DNA of 63,121 bases, filler included, from Squatina squatina (taxonomy: Eukaryota), in the NCBI GenBank assembly GCA_031763465.1. It is 4 parts of 3 records of this genome, joined end to end, with 100 filler letters (N's around TTAATTAATTAA, not from the genome) between each part and the next. Parts side by side here need not be neighbours in the genome. Positions count along the whole stretch, not along the records: positions 33,464 to 50,193 come from JARFOE010000046.1; positions 50,294 to 63,121 come from JARFOE010000004.1; 2 more parts are not named here. One strand, 5' to 3'. The notes below the pieces were generated by a model. The model searched no databases, was not told the origin of the DNA, and saw nothing but the letters and a program-made list of their open reading frames with translations. Below are positions 39,192 to 51,490 of the stretch, piece by piece (the stretch's first letter is position 1; each line of letters begins with the position of its first letter). The position numbers were made by a program, and so were the translations under genes.

Positions 39192-39807
39192 ACCGGTGAC
39201 ATGACCGGCTCCATTTTGAAAGGGGCCTACCGCCAGGTGTCCAAAGGCACCTGCCTGTTTCAGACGATTGGACCCTTTTAATATAGGAATCGGGGTCCTA
39301 TGACACAAGCAGGACTCAAATTGCCATTTTAGGTTGGATCTGGTCGGAGCCTGTGGCGTGCATTCTCTGACCAGTTCCATGAGTGACGGAAGAGGTCCAG
39401 CAAAGGCGAGAATCAACTTATTTTTTGTGGGCCCCGGAGGAGCAGGAGTGTTCCTCTGGGGCCCACAGAAATAATCCGAGCCACTGCTGGCTAGCAAACC
39501 AACCACCCAAACCCTCCCCCCCCCCCGCCACCCCGTAACTCACTTTGCTAGCGGCTGCCCCGGCACGACCTCGAGGCCTCAATCTGGAGAACTGCGCCAG
39601 GAGACCTGCTGGACACCTCACAGCCTGCCTGCCAAATTTAAGCAAAGTGTGGGGGGACCCCATCGGCATTGAGAATGGGCGTCCGGCCTGTGCGCTCTGC
39701 AGGCCGGCAATTTCAAAATAAATTCAGATGTGGGCTGTGCACAGCCAGAAAGTTGTATTAAAACCTGTCACTTGCGCACTTGGTCACTCAAAAGTCAAAA
39801 TCGACCC
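39192..39807. mobile_element. GC-rich non-autonomous Harbinger-like element
   Basis: GC/CpG-rich, ends gtcaaaatcgaccc. Shares the ggagcaggagtg...ggcccacag block with the reverse complement of ~56800-56840. Confidence 0.5.
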
Positions 39808-42178
39808 TGTCATTTTAAAGGCAAAGCCTAAAACAAGTTGTTGGCAAAGGGAAAATACTTGACTTTTGCAGATTCCAGGCTCGAAATTTGCTGTTTGATG
39901 ATTTTTGTAACTCCCCCATTGTTCACCCACAAGGAGATTCTGTTCTATTATTAGATAATCAATGATACAGAATATCCTGCTGAGTTCAAAATGTTTGGAG
40001 ATTAGTAGAGGCTTTAAATGAGGTTCTTTGGCTGTTAAATGTTACCACACATGAGAGCCTTGGGGATGAACTGCTGGTTTTTAACAGAATAATTGATATC
40101 TGGCAATGAGCTATACAGTTTGTAACCTAATTGAATGATTCAGAGAGTTTACATATACAATATGGAATACTTGGCAATTAGAGGCTTCTTTTGAATAGAA
40201 TGCATTAGATGGTTCCTATACAGAAAATAAACAAAAAATGCTGGAAAAACCCAGCAGGTCAGNNNNNNNNNNNNNNNNNNNNNNNNNNNNNNNNNNNNNN
40301 NNNNNNNNNNNNNNNNNNNNNNNNNNNNNNNNNNNNNNNNNNNNNNNNNNNNNNNNNNNNNNAGTTAAAGTAAAGCAGTTATTTAAGTTAATACAGGCCA
40401 GAAGAGCAAACAGTTCCACCCCATCAATCACTGCTGTTCAGTGATCTTCACTGGGAAGCGCCAATGTGTGTAGGCATCAATCAAAACTACAGTCTTCCAG
40501 TTGGTACATCAGAAGGTTAGAAGGTGAAAGTAATAGAATAAGAATATTCATCAATAATAAATGCAGAAAGAATCGGCTTTTTTGACAGGTATTTGTTTGG
40601 GTTTCACTGGAATCTGCTGAGAATGCTTACAAGACAGCGGCTGCTCTCTTTTAGTGTTGACACAACTGTTCATGCTGACATCAACTTAGCTGTGACCTTG
40701 TTGCTGCCCTTGAAGACGGGGATCAATAACGTCTAGTGGGTACAATACCTGCCATCTGTTGAAGTACTTAAGTTGTAAACACAACATGTTCCAATCGATT
40801 GTTGGGAGGGATTGTTTTGTTCGCACCACATGCTCTGAGCCAGAAATCCGATTGATGAGCAGTATGATTGAATCGTGAGGCCAGTGCATAGGCTGATATC
40901 CGAGGTCTTCATCCTGCCCTTTGTCCTTAAGGAGGACTGTATGTTGAATTAATCCNNNNNNNNNNNNNNNNNNNNNNNNNNNNNNNNNNNNNNNNNNNNN
41001 NNNNNNNNNNNNNNNNNNNNNNNNNNNNNNNNNNNNNNNNNNNNNNNNNNNNNNNGAGAAGCAGTAATAGCTGGATTTCCATATTAATTCTTTCACGGTC
41101 CCTGTGCATAAAGTATGTGTGAAAATGAAGAACACTATGCATCAGGCTCATCGGCACCATTAAAGCAGCCATGGCTATGGCTGGATGTGGCCTTGTCTGC
41201 ATTTTAGAGAAATATCTTCTGCAGATGTTCTGTTGTATCCTCAGGCACACAGTCACAGGAGAAGATTTCAGGCATAGCTTGAAACCCAAAGTGAGTGAGT
41301 GAATTTGACACCGAGGGAAAAGTAATTTAAAATTAAATTTAAGAGATGAAGTCAATTTACTTCATCTTTCAGTAAGTGTGAACTCGCGCCGTCTTTTAAA
41401 CAAGATTCCACCTGAAATTTCCCTCCTGCTTAAATTGCTTCTCTTTTTGAAGATAACACTGCCCCTAATTTAGAAACATCTGACGAGCAGGGGGAAGACA
41501 TTCACACCTGACTGCTGCTTGCAAGGTCTTCCTTTGCCTTTCTTTTATTTCCTTGCTGTAATTTTATGGCACCTTACAGTTGATAACAGCATTCTTTGTT
41601 TTAGATGGTGACATTTAAAAGACAGAATTAATGATCTTTCCTTAGCAATAGGACCATAGTTCAGAAAAATCCAACAAGGGAAATGTAGGGTTGATGGTGG
41701 ATTTCAATAATTTTATCAACTGTAAAATTACTTAATCATTGTGTCTTGCATGATGGATTAAATATGGAGAGCTTTTATGTATTATCTTATCACGTTCCTG
41801 CAGAAGAGTATTGTGTGTCATCGTAATGACATCCTCAAGCTGCCAAGCAGAATAAAATATTAAATGTCGGTTGCTTTTTGGTTTTTTTTGATGTTGAGGG
41901 AGCGGTGAGCTATCTTCGCTTTGAGAAAAATGAGGCAAAAGCAATGTTTTACATAATTGTTTTGAGATAAAACTTTTTTCCATTATTGTTACACCGCAGA
42001 CAAAAATATTTAAAGGATGGACTCAAATCAATGCAAGCTTCGTGCTGTAGCTGTGGCTTCAGTGATTGTTGCCAGACCNNNNNNNNNNNNNNNNNNNNNN
42101 NNNNNNNNNNNNNNNNNNNNNNNNNNNNNNNNNNNNNNNNNNNNNNNNNNNNNNNNNNNNNNNNNNNNNNNNNNNNNN

Positions 42179-42208
42179 ACAGTAGAAAAACTATGCAAGG
42201 CTGAACAG
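42179..42208 (+). CDS. Munc18/syntaxin-binding protein exon, 5'-truncated by a gap (TVEKLCKAEQ)
   Basis: Matches the Munc18 V(D/E)KLC..EQ motif; donor cag|gtaaac at 42209; in frame with the next exon across a 196-nt intron. Confidence 0.85.
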
Positions 42209-42404
42209 GTAAACAGCATTCTTTGAGCATCCATACGCTGGGCGTTAAACTATAATTTATTTTGCGATGTATCATAAAAGTGTCTTCTTGTCCATTAAAA
42301 GATTGAGTCAGGTTTTTAGCATAAGTTACCAAAATAAGCAACTGGTTCAAGGATCTGTTGGATATTGACTGCTGTTATTAGTAAGTAAATGTCTTTTTTT
42401 TAAG

Positions 42405-42543
42405 GACCTAGCCATTGGAACTGATGCACAAAAACAAAAAATTAAGGACCCCATGAGAATCATTCTACCCATTCTGCTGGATAAGTCGATTGGAATTTAC
42501 GATAAATTAAGGATCATCTTACTCTATATCTTCTATGTAAATG
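42405..42543 (+). CDS. Munc18/syntaxin-binding protein (Sec1 family; STXBP3-like or STXBP1-like paralog) exon: [47 protein letters not shown]
   Basis: Acceptor tttttttttaag| and donor aatg|gtacag bound a 139-nt exon. The motifs DLA.GTDA..KIKDPMR and [12 protein letters not shown] are diagnostic of Munc18. Confidence 0.92.
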
Positions 42544-44223
42544 GTACAGTAAATCCTGCATGCACTCAGTATTTGGTACTCATTTTATTTCCTTGCTGTG
42601 GATCCATTGATGCCAAGATTAACAATTTTACAAGTTTAAAAAATAATCTTTGCACTTATCATCTAGAATGATGAGGGAACAGAAGTTTTGTTTTCTCGAA
42701 GGTAAAATTTGCTTTATTCTAACTTTTTTTGTTCCCACCGCCTCTGGCTCCTCGGATGGATGCGAGACCTGCTTCCATGTCTCTGTGACCTGCTTCCCTG
42801 TCTGCGTTACTGCTGCATTAAACCAGACACTAGAGGTTACATGGGACTCGCCCAGCAATGAGACTTCTTCAACTTCCTCCCTGTGGAGATACTCAGCATC
42901 TCTTCAGAGTGACACAGCTGAGATTGGCAACTCAGCTTGTGAGGGATTGTAGACACTCGTCGATGGCCCATCATCCTGTGATCTGACAACCTGTGCCCAC
43001 ACTGTCAATGAATTTGAAATAAATGTGAAATCCCTGCCTGTGCAATTTGAAGCTAGGGTTAAAGCAATTATGATACAACATGAATTTGATGGTCTCCTTT
43101 GCGGCACACTATAGCTCTACAGTGGAGCTCAAAGTCTTTTAGGGGACAATCATATTAATAAATTCAGCAACAGCTGTGAAAACATATGGTTTAGTGACTC
43201 GGTGCCCGTGTTAATTATATGTAAATAGGAATTTAATAACAAGCAATTAACATGTGAATTCTCCAGTTTGGGGATTTTACCCGTTATTTTTTGCTGTAAG
43301 GTTAAATTAGTTCCAGCAGGTTTTACTTAGTACATCAAAGGCAGATACAGCAAAGCCGCTAATCTTTGAAGCAAAGAGTATAACCATTTCTCCTTTCCAA
43401 AAGGCACACCGTGAAATTGCTATGCTCATACCTTTATGACTATAAGTATTTTAGCATATTGTTCAGATCGATACTCTGTATTGTGTGTGAGTGACTGCTG
43501 TTTCCAAAGAGGATGAACATTGTCGCAGCCCTGCCAAGCAGGCACCGGCTTTTCTGCTTTCATTTCATTCAGCCAACAAAAGTAAGAAAAGTTATTTTCT
43601 AAAATTCTTGTTGCTTGGCATGGGTATAGTCGAGGAATAATGGCACAGCATGTTCTGTTATGGCATTGGTCGATAGAAAAAGGCTTGTGCCCATTATTCC
43701 TGGCACAGTCAATTACCCAGGGCTTGCTGAGCTCTCACTGGGAGCCAGAGAGTAGGAGGCCAGGCATTCCTCCCTCCACCGTAATGATACTGGTGCAATT
43801 AGCAGACTGGCACCTGGGGACCATTATGTACTGATGTAGCTGCTGAAGATAAGTAGCTGGAATGTCAGAAGATCGTCCTTATGCTGTGTTAATTATGTAA
43901 CTGGTTTGAAGCAGGCCCAAGTCACATTGTTTTATGAAGCATTGTTCAGAAGTAGAGGCACGGAGAAACAATGACCTCACTGAGCATGCCATGAGTCAGA
44001 GGCATCATACGATGGTGCTCAGAATTGCTGACTGAATTGGCTGTAAAAGGATTGTCACTTCAAAAAAGACGACAACTTCTAACTGTAAACTAATGCAGAA
44101 CTGAAGGAAATTTAAGCAAAAGAGGGCAAATTCTAAACCAGCTATAATGTTGCAGAGAAAGAAGGAATAAAATACTTTTTAAGCACCTTATGATAGCCTT
44201 AGGATTTTCCAAAGCACGTAAAA

Positions 44224-44653
44224 ATGAAAGACTTGGATTTATAGAGCACCTTTAATGACCTCAGGAAATCCCAAGGCGCTTTACGGACAATGATGTACTT
44301 TTGCAGTGTCGTCACTGTTGCAATGTAAGAAATACAGCAGCCAATTTGCATAAATCTAGCAGATAATCTGGTCAGTGATGTTGGTTGAGGGATAAATATC
44401 GGCCAGAACACCAGGAGAATGCCCCTGCTCTTCTTCAAAATAGTGCCATGGCATCTGTGATGTGCGCCTGAGAGGGAAGACGGGGCCTCGGTTTAACGCC
44501 TTATTTGATAGACAGCACCTCCAACATTGGAGCACTCCCTCAGTACTGCACTATACTGTGTCAGTCTAGTTTATACGCTCGTGTCTCTGGAGTGGGACTT
44601 GAACCACAATCTTTTGACTCCCAGTAGGAGCTGCTACCACTGAGCCACAGATG
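44224..44653 (-). mobile_element. Deu-domain SINE (SacSINE1-like), near full length
   Basis: tRNA-like head (tggctcagtgg A box, ggttcaagtcc B box), Deu core (gatgccatggcactattttgaagaagagcaggg...tcctgg) and L2-type tail ataaatccaagtctttc. Confidence 0.85.
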
Positions 44654-45645
44654 ATGCCTTGGTTTGCAACCAATTGATTATTTTTGAAAAGCAGGCAAGT
44701 GCGTAGACATGGTAAGTAATTTGCGTACAGCAAGATCCCACAAATAGCAAATGAATGAATGACAAAGTAATCTGTTTTGCTGGTTTCTGTTGAGAGATGA
44801 ATGTTGGCCAGGACACCAGAAGGGTCCCCAACTCAACTGGGTGAATTTCTGTCAAGTAAAGAAAAATGAGATTAATGTATAATATTTTTTGAGAGATGAA
44901 GTTAGTCCAAGTTATTAAGAGTGGAGAAACTGCTTTGTCAGTATTTAATGACACAAAACATTGCAGAGATTTCTGGTTTAGCTGGATTGCAGAACGTCAC
45001 AATTTGTGATAGAATTATGTTTGGAAACAAGCAAGGGACTGCGGAGAGAGTCAGGCCTCAACATTAAGAGCAGCTGAAGTTACACAGGCTCTAATGAAGC
45101 AAACCAGTAATTATGAAACTGTCCAGAGAGTGGGTGGGAAGGGTTCTGCCCCAAATTCTTCTCTTCCCCCTCCACTTCCCGCCAAATAATGTTGATTCCA
45201 TGACCAAAGGCGACTTTAATTTTGAGGATTTTATGATTGTTTTACCTCAGAAAGTTGGTTAATGCATTGATTAGCAAAATAGTTTTTAGCTTTTTTATTT
45301 CAACAGTGAAATGTAAAAAGACGGACTTAATTAAGTTCCCTGTTTATTTTGCTGGGCAGCTCCACTGGTTGTTTTTTTTGGGCATGGAGCAGTGATGATA
45401 ATAGATAGCATGCTGTACTGGGGAAAAATGTGATCATGGAACAGAGAGAAATCCGTCAGTTGGTATCATGGATCTGAGTCATGATTCTACTGCCGTTACA
45501 CGTTGCTANNNNNNNNNNNNNNNNNNNNNNNNNNNNNNNNNNNNNNNNNNNNNNNNNNNNNNNNNNNNNNNNNNNNNNNNNNNNNNNNNNNNNNNNNNNN
45601 NNNNNNNNTATCCTGAAGTAATGAAAGGCGCTATATAAATGCAAG

Positions 45646-45720
45646 TTTTTTTCTCTCTCTCTTTTTCGTTCTTTCTCTCTCTTTTGTTCTTTCTCTCTCT
45701 CTTACTCTCTTCCTTTTTCA
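45646..45720 (+). repeat. CT-rich microsatellite expanded from a SINE/L2 tail
   Basis: Follows ataaatgcaag directly. Confidence 0.8.
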
Positions 45721-48700
45721 ACTAGGTGCCCTTGGAGGGAACTCAGGGCCAAAATGCCTTCTTTCCCTGCTCCTTTGTGAGGAAAGAAAATAGACAAGCC
45801 TGTTTTCAAAAATAATCCAAATTAATACAGTGCAGACTGATAACAAATTTGTGAAGGTCATAATTTGTGTTATAAACTATGTTGTGGCTGGAAAAAAAAA
45901 GCAGAAAAATATCCCCAGACACAAATTAAAATAAATGCAAAAGGATTTTCCACCTGTCAGAACAATTGGTTTACTAATGGGCACTTGAAACGAAAGCAGA
46001 GATTCTGAAAACACCAACAGCTTTGGCAGTCTCACATGGTTTTGTTCACTGACTCTCTAAATAAGGTCACTGCTTGCAATCAAGGTGATATTTTTAATAT
46101 AAATTACAGTGATAAATCATTATTTATCTGTAATGCGTGTGTTCGCATGTGCAGTGTCTTCTATAATTCTCTGATAAGCAGGTTCATGGGAGCGGGGCGA
46201 ATAAAATGGTCTTAATCTGAGTTCGAAGAGCTGCCTGTCACAGCAGTTTATGGCTGCTTTACATAAACATTACTCTTTGTTTAGTCAATATTTCAGCAAT
46301 TCGTTTTGTGATTTTCAAACCCTATTTTTTGCATACAATTTTCAAGCTATCATCTTGATAAATAGTCAAATTTTGACTCATGTAAGTGACACATGATTTA
46401 TCTCTGCATACAAGTGGACCCCAGGGTGGAGTGACGCAGGGAATAAACATTGTTTCTTGAATGGAGAACTGACGGGCATTATATTTGTGAGCCTTTCCTC
46501 ACATAATTGGCAGCTGCTAATATGCAAATCTTAACTTCAATTTTCTTGGTTTAAAGTGTTTTGTTTAAAGATGTATTAATTACCTTAAGACCGCAATAGT
46601 AATTTCAGAGATCGGCAGCACTGTGAAATCATTCCCAATGTTATCCTGCTACAAGATATCAATATCACAGAGAGGATCTCCAACAATGCAGCGCTCCCTC
46701 AGTACTGGACTGGAGCATTAGTTTACATTAAAGACTTTGGGCACGCAATAAGACCTCCCTGAGTTACTGACACTAACTATTGTTCATCCCAGTTTGGCAA
46801 AAGAATAAACCAGGGAAAGTAGTGCATCCGTGGCTAACAAGGGAAATTAGGGATANNNNNNNNNNNNNNNNNNNNNNNNNNNNNNNNNNNNNNNNNNNNN
46901 NNNNNNNNNNNNNNNNNNNNNNNNNNNNNNNNNNNNNNNNNNNNNNNNNNNNNNNGCCCATTGGATGAGAAGCACTTTGAAATGTCGTGAGGTCATGATA
47001 AGATGCTATACGAATGCAACTTCTTTTCTTAACATTAGAGACATTGGTACATACCTGTGAACTGTTTAGATGTGGTAAGAGTCCTCCAAATATATTGCGT
47101 AATGTAAACTGCCTCGTTTCCAAGACTGAGCATCTTAAAAGTTGGAGAAAGAAAATCATTGAATCCCGCCATGGAGAATCTCCTCATTTCTGAAGCTGCA
47201 GGGGGTACTCAGCACTGAAGAAGTACAATTCATTCCTTGCAGTCGGGACTAATGTGTGAGTTTTATATTAGGCAGTCAGTCATCCAGAGATCAAGGCTCA
47301 GCAATTGCTAAGAATGAGATTTACAAAATCCAGCAGGTTGCGGTGCTGGCGGCTGTATATCACAGCAGGTGAATTGGTGAGGGACGCTAGCAAATGAGAC
47401 CCTGTAGAGTGGATAATGTTTCCTCCTGGAGCATATTTTCTGTGGCACCTGCTGAGTGCTAAAAAATGTGACAGTACTGAAAATGGGCTCCAAAGGCAAC
47501 TATAATCCATTATCAAAATAAAAAAAAATGCATTGCCCTATCATAACTGTTATGACTAAGGTAATGGAGAAGAAACCTGAGAATGCCGACTGTTCAACTG
47601 TGGAAAGAAGCTGACAATAAAACAGAGCTGCATTTTGTCTCCAGGAGCCTTAACTATTGTAAGTGGCAAATGGATAATGTCTTGAGGGCACTAAGAAAAC
47701 TGGAATGGCAAACCCCATTGAATTTTTTGACACCAGGTGGAGGCATATTTGTGTTGGCTTGAGGAAGCTTTCATGCAATGACTCACTTCATGATTTTAAG
47801 CACATCTTGCATTAGTTTCAGCAGAATTAAGAGGTTGGGCCTCTGACCTGCTTTGGAGTGTTGGAGATGTGGAAACTGGACCCTTAAACACTTCTTTGCA
47901 ATTGCTCCAGTTCCAATTTTTGGCAATCTGCTAAAGCTTCTATTAAAATTGCACATTGCCATCTGATCCTGATGGGAAAACTAAAAATGCTGCAAGGAAA
48001 TAAGCTTGGTATTTTTGTGTCATTTCACAGATCCCTCATAGGCTCACTGCCAGTTTATTTATATTGCAGCAATGCTTCACGAAGTGGTTCTGCATTATCT
48101 CAGGGTTTATGTTATGGGCAGTTTGCACAGCCCCAAATAACAGAAAAAAGAATGTGAATTGTGGCTTTGTTTTGATTGGGGAAGTAAGGGCAGGACCTTG
48201 AATGAAAAACTGCACTGTTAGCCTGCACAGATGGGATGAGAAGCTTAGCTACTGGCACCTAGAAAATATAATTGCCCACACCCTGGCAGCATTGTAAACA
48301 TTGTGCCACCTCATCTACTTACTGCACTGCTGCTGTTGGCAGCATCATTTTACAGTAAACACCATGAGAAAAAGACTGTTGTATTTGAGATTTGCACCCT
48401 TGGTTATTGCCTGGTTCATTATGAAGAACTTCTCAAATACCTTATTTTAATTGTCATTGGCGCAACCCCATCAAAAATCTTTGGGGGAAACATTTGCATA
48501 ATTTGCGCCTTTCCCTTAATGCAGTGCAATCTGCTCACTTGACCCCCAATGTAGTTTTTCAGTTAAAACAAAATAAGAAGCTTTCTCAATAACCTTGCTT
48601 GAATGACAAGGTTCCTTTAATATAAAATATATTTTTTTATANNNNNNNNNNNNNNNNNNNNNNNNNNNNNNNNNNNNNNNNNNNNNNNNNNNNNNNNNNN

Positions 48701-49469
48701 NNNNNNNNNNNNNNNNNNNNNNNNNNNNNNNNNNNNNNNNNNNNNNNNNNNNNNNNNNNNNNNNNNNNNNNNNNNNNNNNNNNNNNNNNNNNNNNNNNNN
48801 NNNNNNNNNNNNNNNNNNNNNNNNNNNNNNNNNNNNNNNNNNNNNNNNNNNNNNNNNNNNNNNNNNNNNNNNNNNNNNNNNNNNNNNNNNNNNNNNNNNN
48901 NNNNNNNNNNNNNNNNNNNNNNNNNNNNNNNNNNNNNNNNNNNNNNNNNNNNNNNNNNNNNNNNNNNNNNNNNNNNNNNNNNNNNNNNNNNNNNNNNNNN
49001 NNNNNNNNNNNNNNNNNNNNNNNNNNNNNNNNNNNNNNNNNNNNNNNNNNNNNNNNNNNNNNNNNNNNNNNNNNNNNNNNNNNNNNNNNNNNNNNNNNNN
49101 NNNNNNNNNNNNNNNNNNNNNNNNNNNNNNNNNNNNNNNNNNNNNNNNNNNNNNNNNNNNNNNNNNNNNNNNNNNNNNNNNNNNNNNNNNNNNNNNNNNN
49201 NNNNNNNNNNNNNNNNNNNNNNNNNNNNNNNNNNNNNNNNNNNNNNNNNNNNNNNNNNNNNNNNNNNNNNNNNNNNNNNNNNNNNNNNNNNNNNNNNNNN
49301 NNNNNNNNNNNNNNNNNNNNNNNNNNNNNNNNNNNNNNNNNNNNNNNNNNNNNNNNNNNNNNNNNNNNNNNNNNNNNNNNNNNNNNNNNNNNNNNNNNNN
49401 NNNNNNNNNNNNNNNNNNNNNNNNNNNNNNNNNNNNNNNNNNNNNNNNNNNNNNNNNNNNNNNNNNNNN

Positions 49470-49930
49470 CAGATTCACTAGGAAGCTGCCTGGTATAAGG
49501 GAGTGCAAATACAAAGATAGACTTGGAAAATTGGGGCTATTTTCATTAGAACAATGCAGATTATTGAGTGATTTGATAGAGGTGTTTAACATTATGCAGC
49601 GTTGGGACAGAGTAGGTAGAAATAGGCTGTTTCCGGTAGTTGAGTGGTTTAGAAGAAAGGGACATAGATAAGAGATGTAGGACAGCAAGGAAGCTTTTTT
49701 CCCTCACAGAGCATTGTGAGGTTGTGGAATGCACTACCAGAGTTACTGATTGAAGCAGAGACCATGTCAACATTTAAGAAGAAAATTGGTTGAAGGAAAA
49801 GGGAATAAAGGAATCTGGGAATATAGAGAGCACATGGGATTAGGACGACTGCTTGTGTGGAGGTTAATCACCAACATCGACTGATTGGACGGAACTACCT
49901 GCTTCCATGTTGCAATTTCTAAGTAATTCT
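49470..49930 (+). mobile_element. CR1 3' end
   Basis: RLGKLGLFSLEQ.RL..DLIEVFNIM...WNALP..IEAET...FKK. Other decayed 3' ends at ~13495-13682(-), 24230-24550, 26800-27000(-), 31160-31470, 54900-55170(-). Confidence 0.8.
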
Positions 49931-50159
49931 ACACAACAGATTTCAAGGTTTTAAAGGAAATTAGCAATGCTGATAGAAATATATTGTTCCGTGTTTGAAA
50001 GGTTCAAAATCCACAGACATGGGTAAAATTGGGAAGGTAGGAGTAAGAAGGGAGGGCAGACAAAACTTTATTTTATCCAAAGCATACTGGAATGTGGAAT
50101 AATTTACTGGGACAGTCACCGAAAGAGACAGAGTAAATGGGTTCAAGAGCCAATTGAAT

Positions 50160-50193
50160 GGGCCTGAAATTGCGATCGGAGGTTTCCTGCGTG
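50160..50193. mobile_element. MITE terminus (same family as 33464-33730; related start at 55176-55204)
   Basis: gggcctgaaattgcgatcggaggtttcctgcgtg, cut by the linker. Confidence 0.6.
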
Positions 50194-50293
50194 NNNNNNN
50201 NNNNNNNNNNNNNNNNNNNNNNNNNNNNNNNNNNNNNTTAATTAATTAANNNNNNNNNNNNNNNNNNNNNNNNNNNNNNNNNNNNNNNNNNNN
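50194..50293. other. Artificial scaffold linker N44-TTAATTAATTAA-N44
   Basis: Identical to 17431-17530. Confidence 0.97.
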
Positions 50294-50393
50294 GATGGAT
50301 GGGCAACATCTGTAGAGTGTGACTATGAGGGAGAGGCATGGCATTCCATTAGGATGAGGGTGTCAGTGATGGATGGTCAGATGGGGATGTGAG

Positions 50394-50854
50394 GAAAGAA
50401 AGAAAGAAAGACTTTCATGACCAGCAGACAGCTCAAAGCATTTTACAACATTTTATGGAGTGTAGTCACTGCTACAATATAAGAAACGCGACAGCCAATT
50501 TGCACACAGCAAGTTCCCACAAACAGCAATGTGATCATGACTAGATAATCTGTTTTTGTTATGTTGATTGAGGGATAAATATTGTCCAGGACAGATGGGG
50601 TAATTCCCTTGCTTTTCTTCAAAATAGTGCCATGGGATATTTTACATCCACTTGAGAGAGTAGACGGGGCCTCGGTTTAATGGCCTCGGTTTAACATCTC
50701 ATCCGAAAGACAGCACCTCCAACAATGCAGCACTCATCCAGCACTGCACTGCAGTATCAGCCTAGATTATTGTGCTCAAGTCCCTGGAGTGGGACTTGAA
50801 ACCACAACCTCCTGACTGAGAGGAGAGTGTGGTAACCACTGAACCACAGCTGAC
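50394..50854 (-). mobile_element. Deu-domain SINE, near full length, (TTTC)n tail
   Basis: Collinear with 44224-44653; A/B boxes present; internal duplication of ggcctcggtttaa. Confidence 0.85.
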
Positions 50855-50869
50855 AGGGAGGGACCGATG

Positions 50870-51490
50870 TGAGGATCGACGTGCAGGAGCAGACTGGGGA
50901 AGGCAGAATGAGGGAAGGTTGGGGTGACACGCACAACAGGATGTAACTGAATGTGGCATTATACTTACCTTTCCTTTCCTCATGAGGTCATGAAATCTCT
51001 TCCTGCATGCAATCCAGTACCGCGCCACCACACTCCTGCTGCACACCTCCGCCATAATCTCCAGCCATGCCTTCTTGGTCTCTGAGGCTGGCTTCTTCTT
51101 CCCACCAGCAGGGAATAATACCTCTCTGTGGGCCCTAACTCCTTGCAGCAGGAGGTCCAGGAAGACATCGCTGAAGCAAAGGTAGCTTTTATACATGGGG
51201 ACGCATTGTTTTGTCTCCTAGCAAGGTTTCTCCCAGCACTGTCTCTCCCACCTCCACAAACCTTCAACTGTCATCGTTGCAGTGTTCCTTTAAATACCTG
51301 AGCTGAATTGGACCCAAGCATGATGTCATCTTGCCCACTTGTGTTAATTGGTCGGGGCATCCGGAAGTCAGGTGCAAATGCAGTGGCTTCGCTGAACAGC
51401 CACTGCCAAATGCGCTGCTGAAACTTCCGGGTTTCCCATGTGTTCCAGGGCTCCCCGCTGCCAGTGCATGGGCAGGTGAAAATTCTGGTC
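50870..51490 (-). mobile_element. Harbinger element end carrying a Myb/SANT exon relic (50969-51210)
   Basis: FSDVFLDLLLQGVRAHREVLFP...KAWLEIMAEVCSRSVVARYWIACRKRFHDLMRKGK|gtaagt; TIR-like gaccagaattttcacc at ~51475-51490. Confidence 0.8.

Noticed and set aside
40686-40955. Open minus-strand frame (LIQHTVLLKDKGQDEDLG...)
   Set aside because: No recognisable family motif or splice support; would need a BLASTX hit.
42544-42671. ORF continuation after the Munc18 exon
   Set aside because: Intron read-through past the donor at 42544.
44590-44653. tRNA gene (also 50780-50854)
   Set aside because: A/B boxes belong to SINE heads; no complete cloverleaf.
48516-49688. 390-aa ORF
   Set aside because: Mostly an ~830-N gap plus the antisense of a CR1 3' end.
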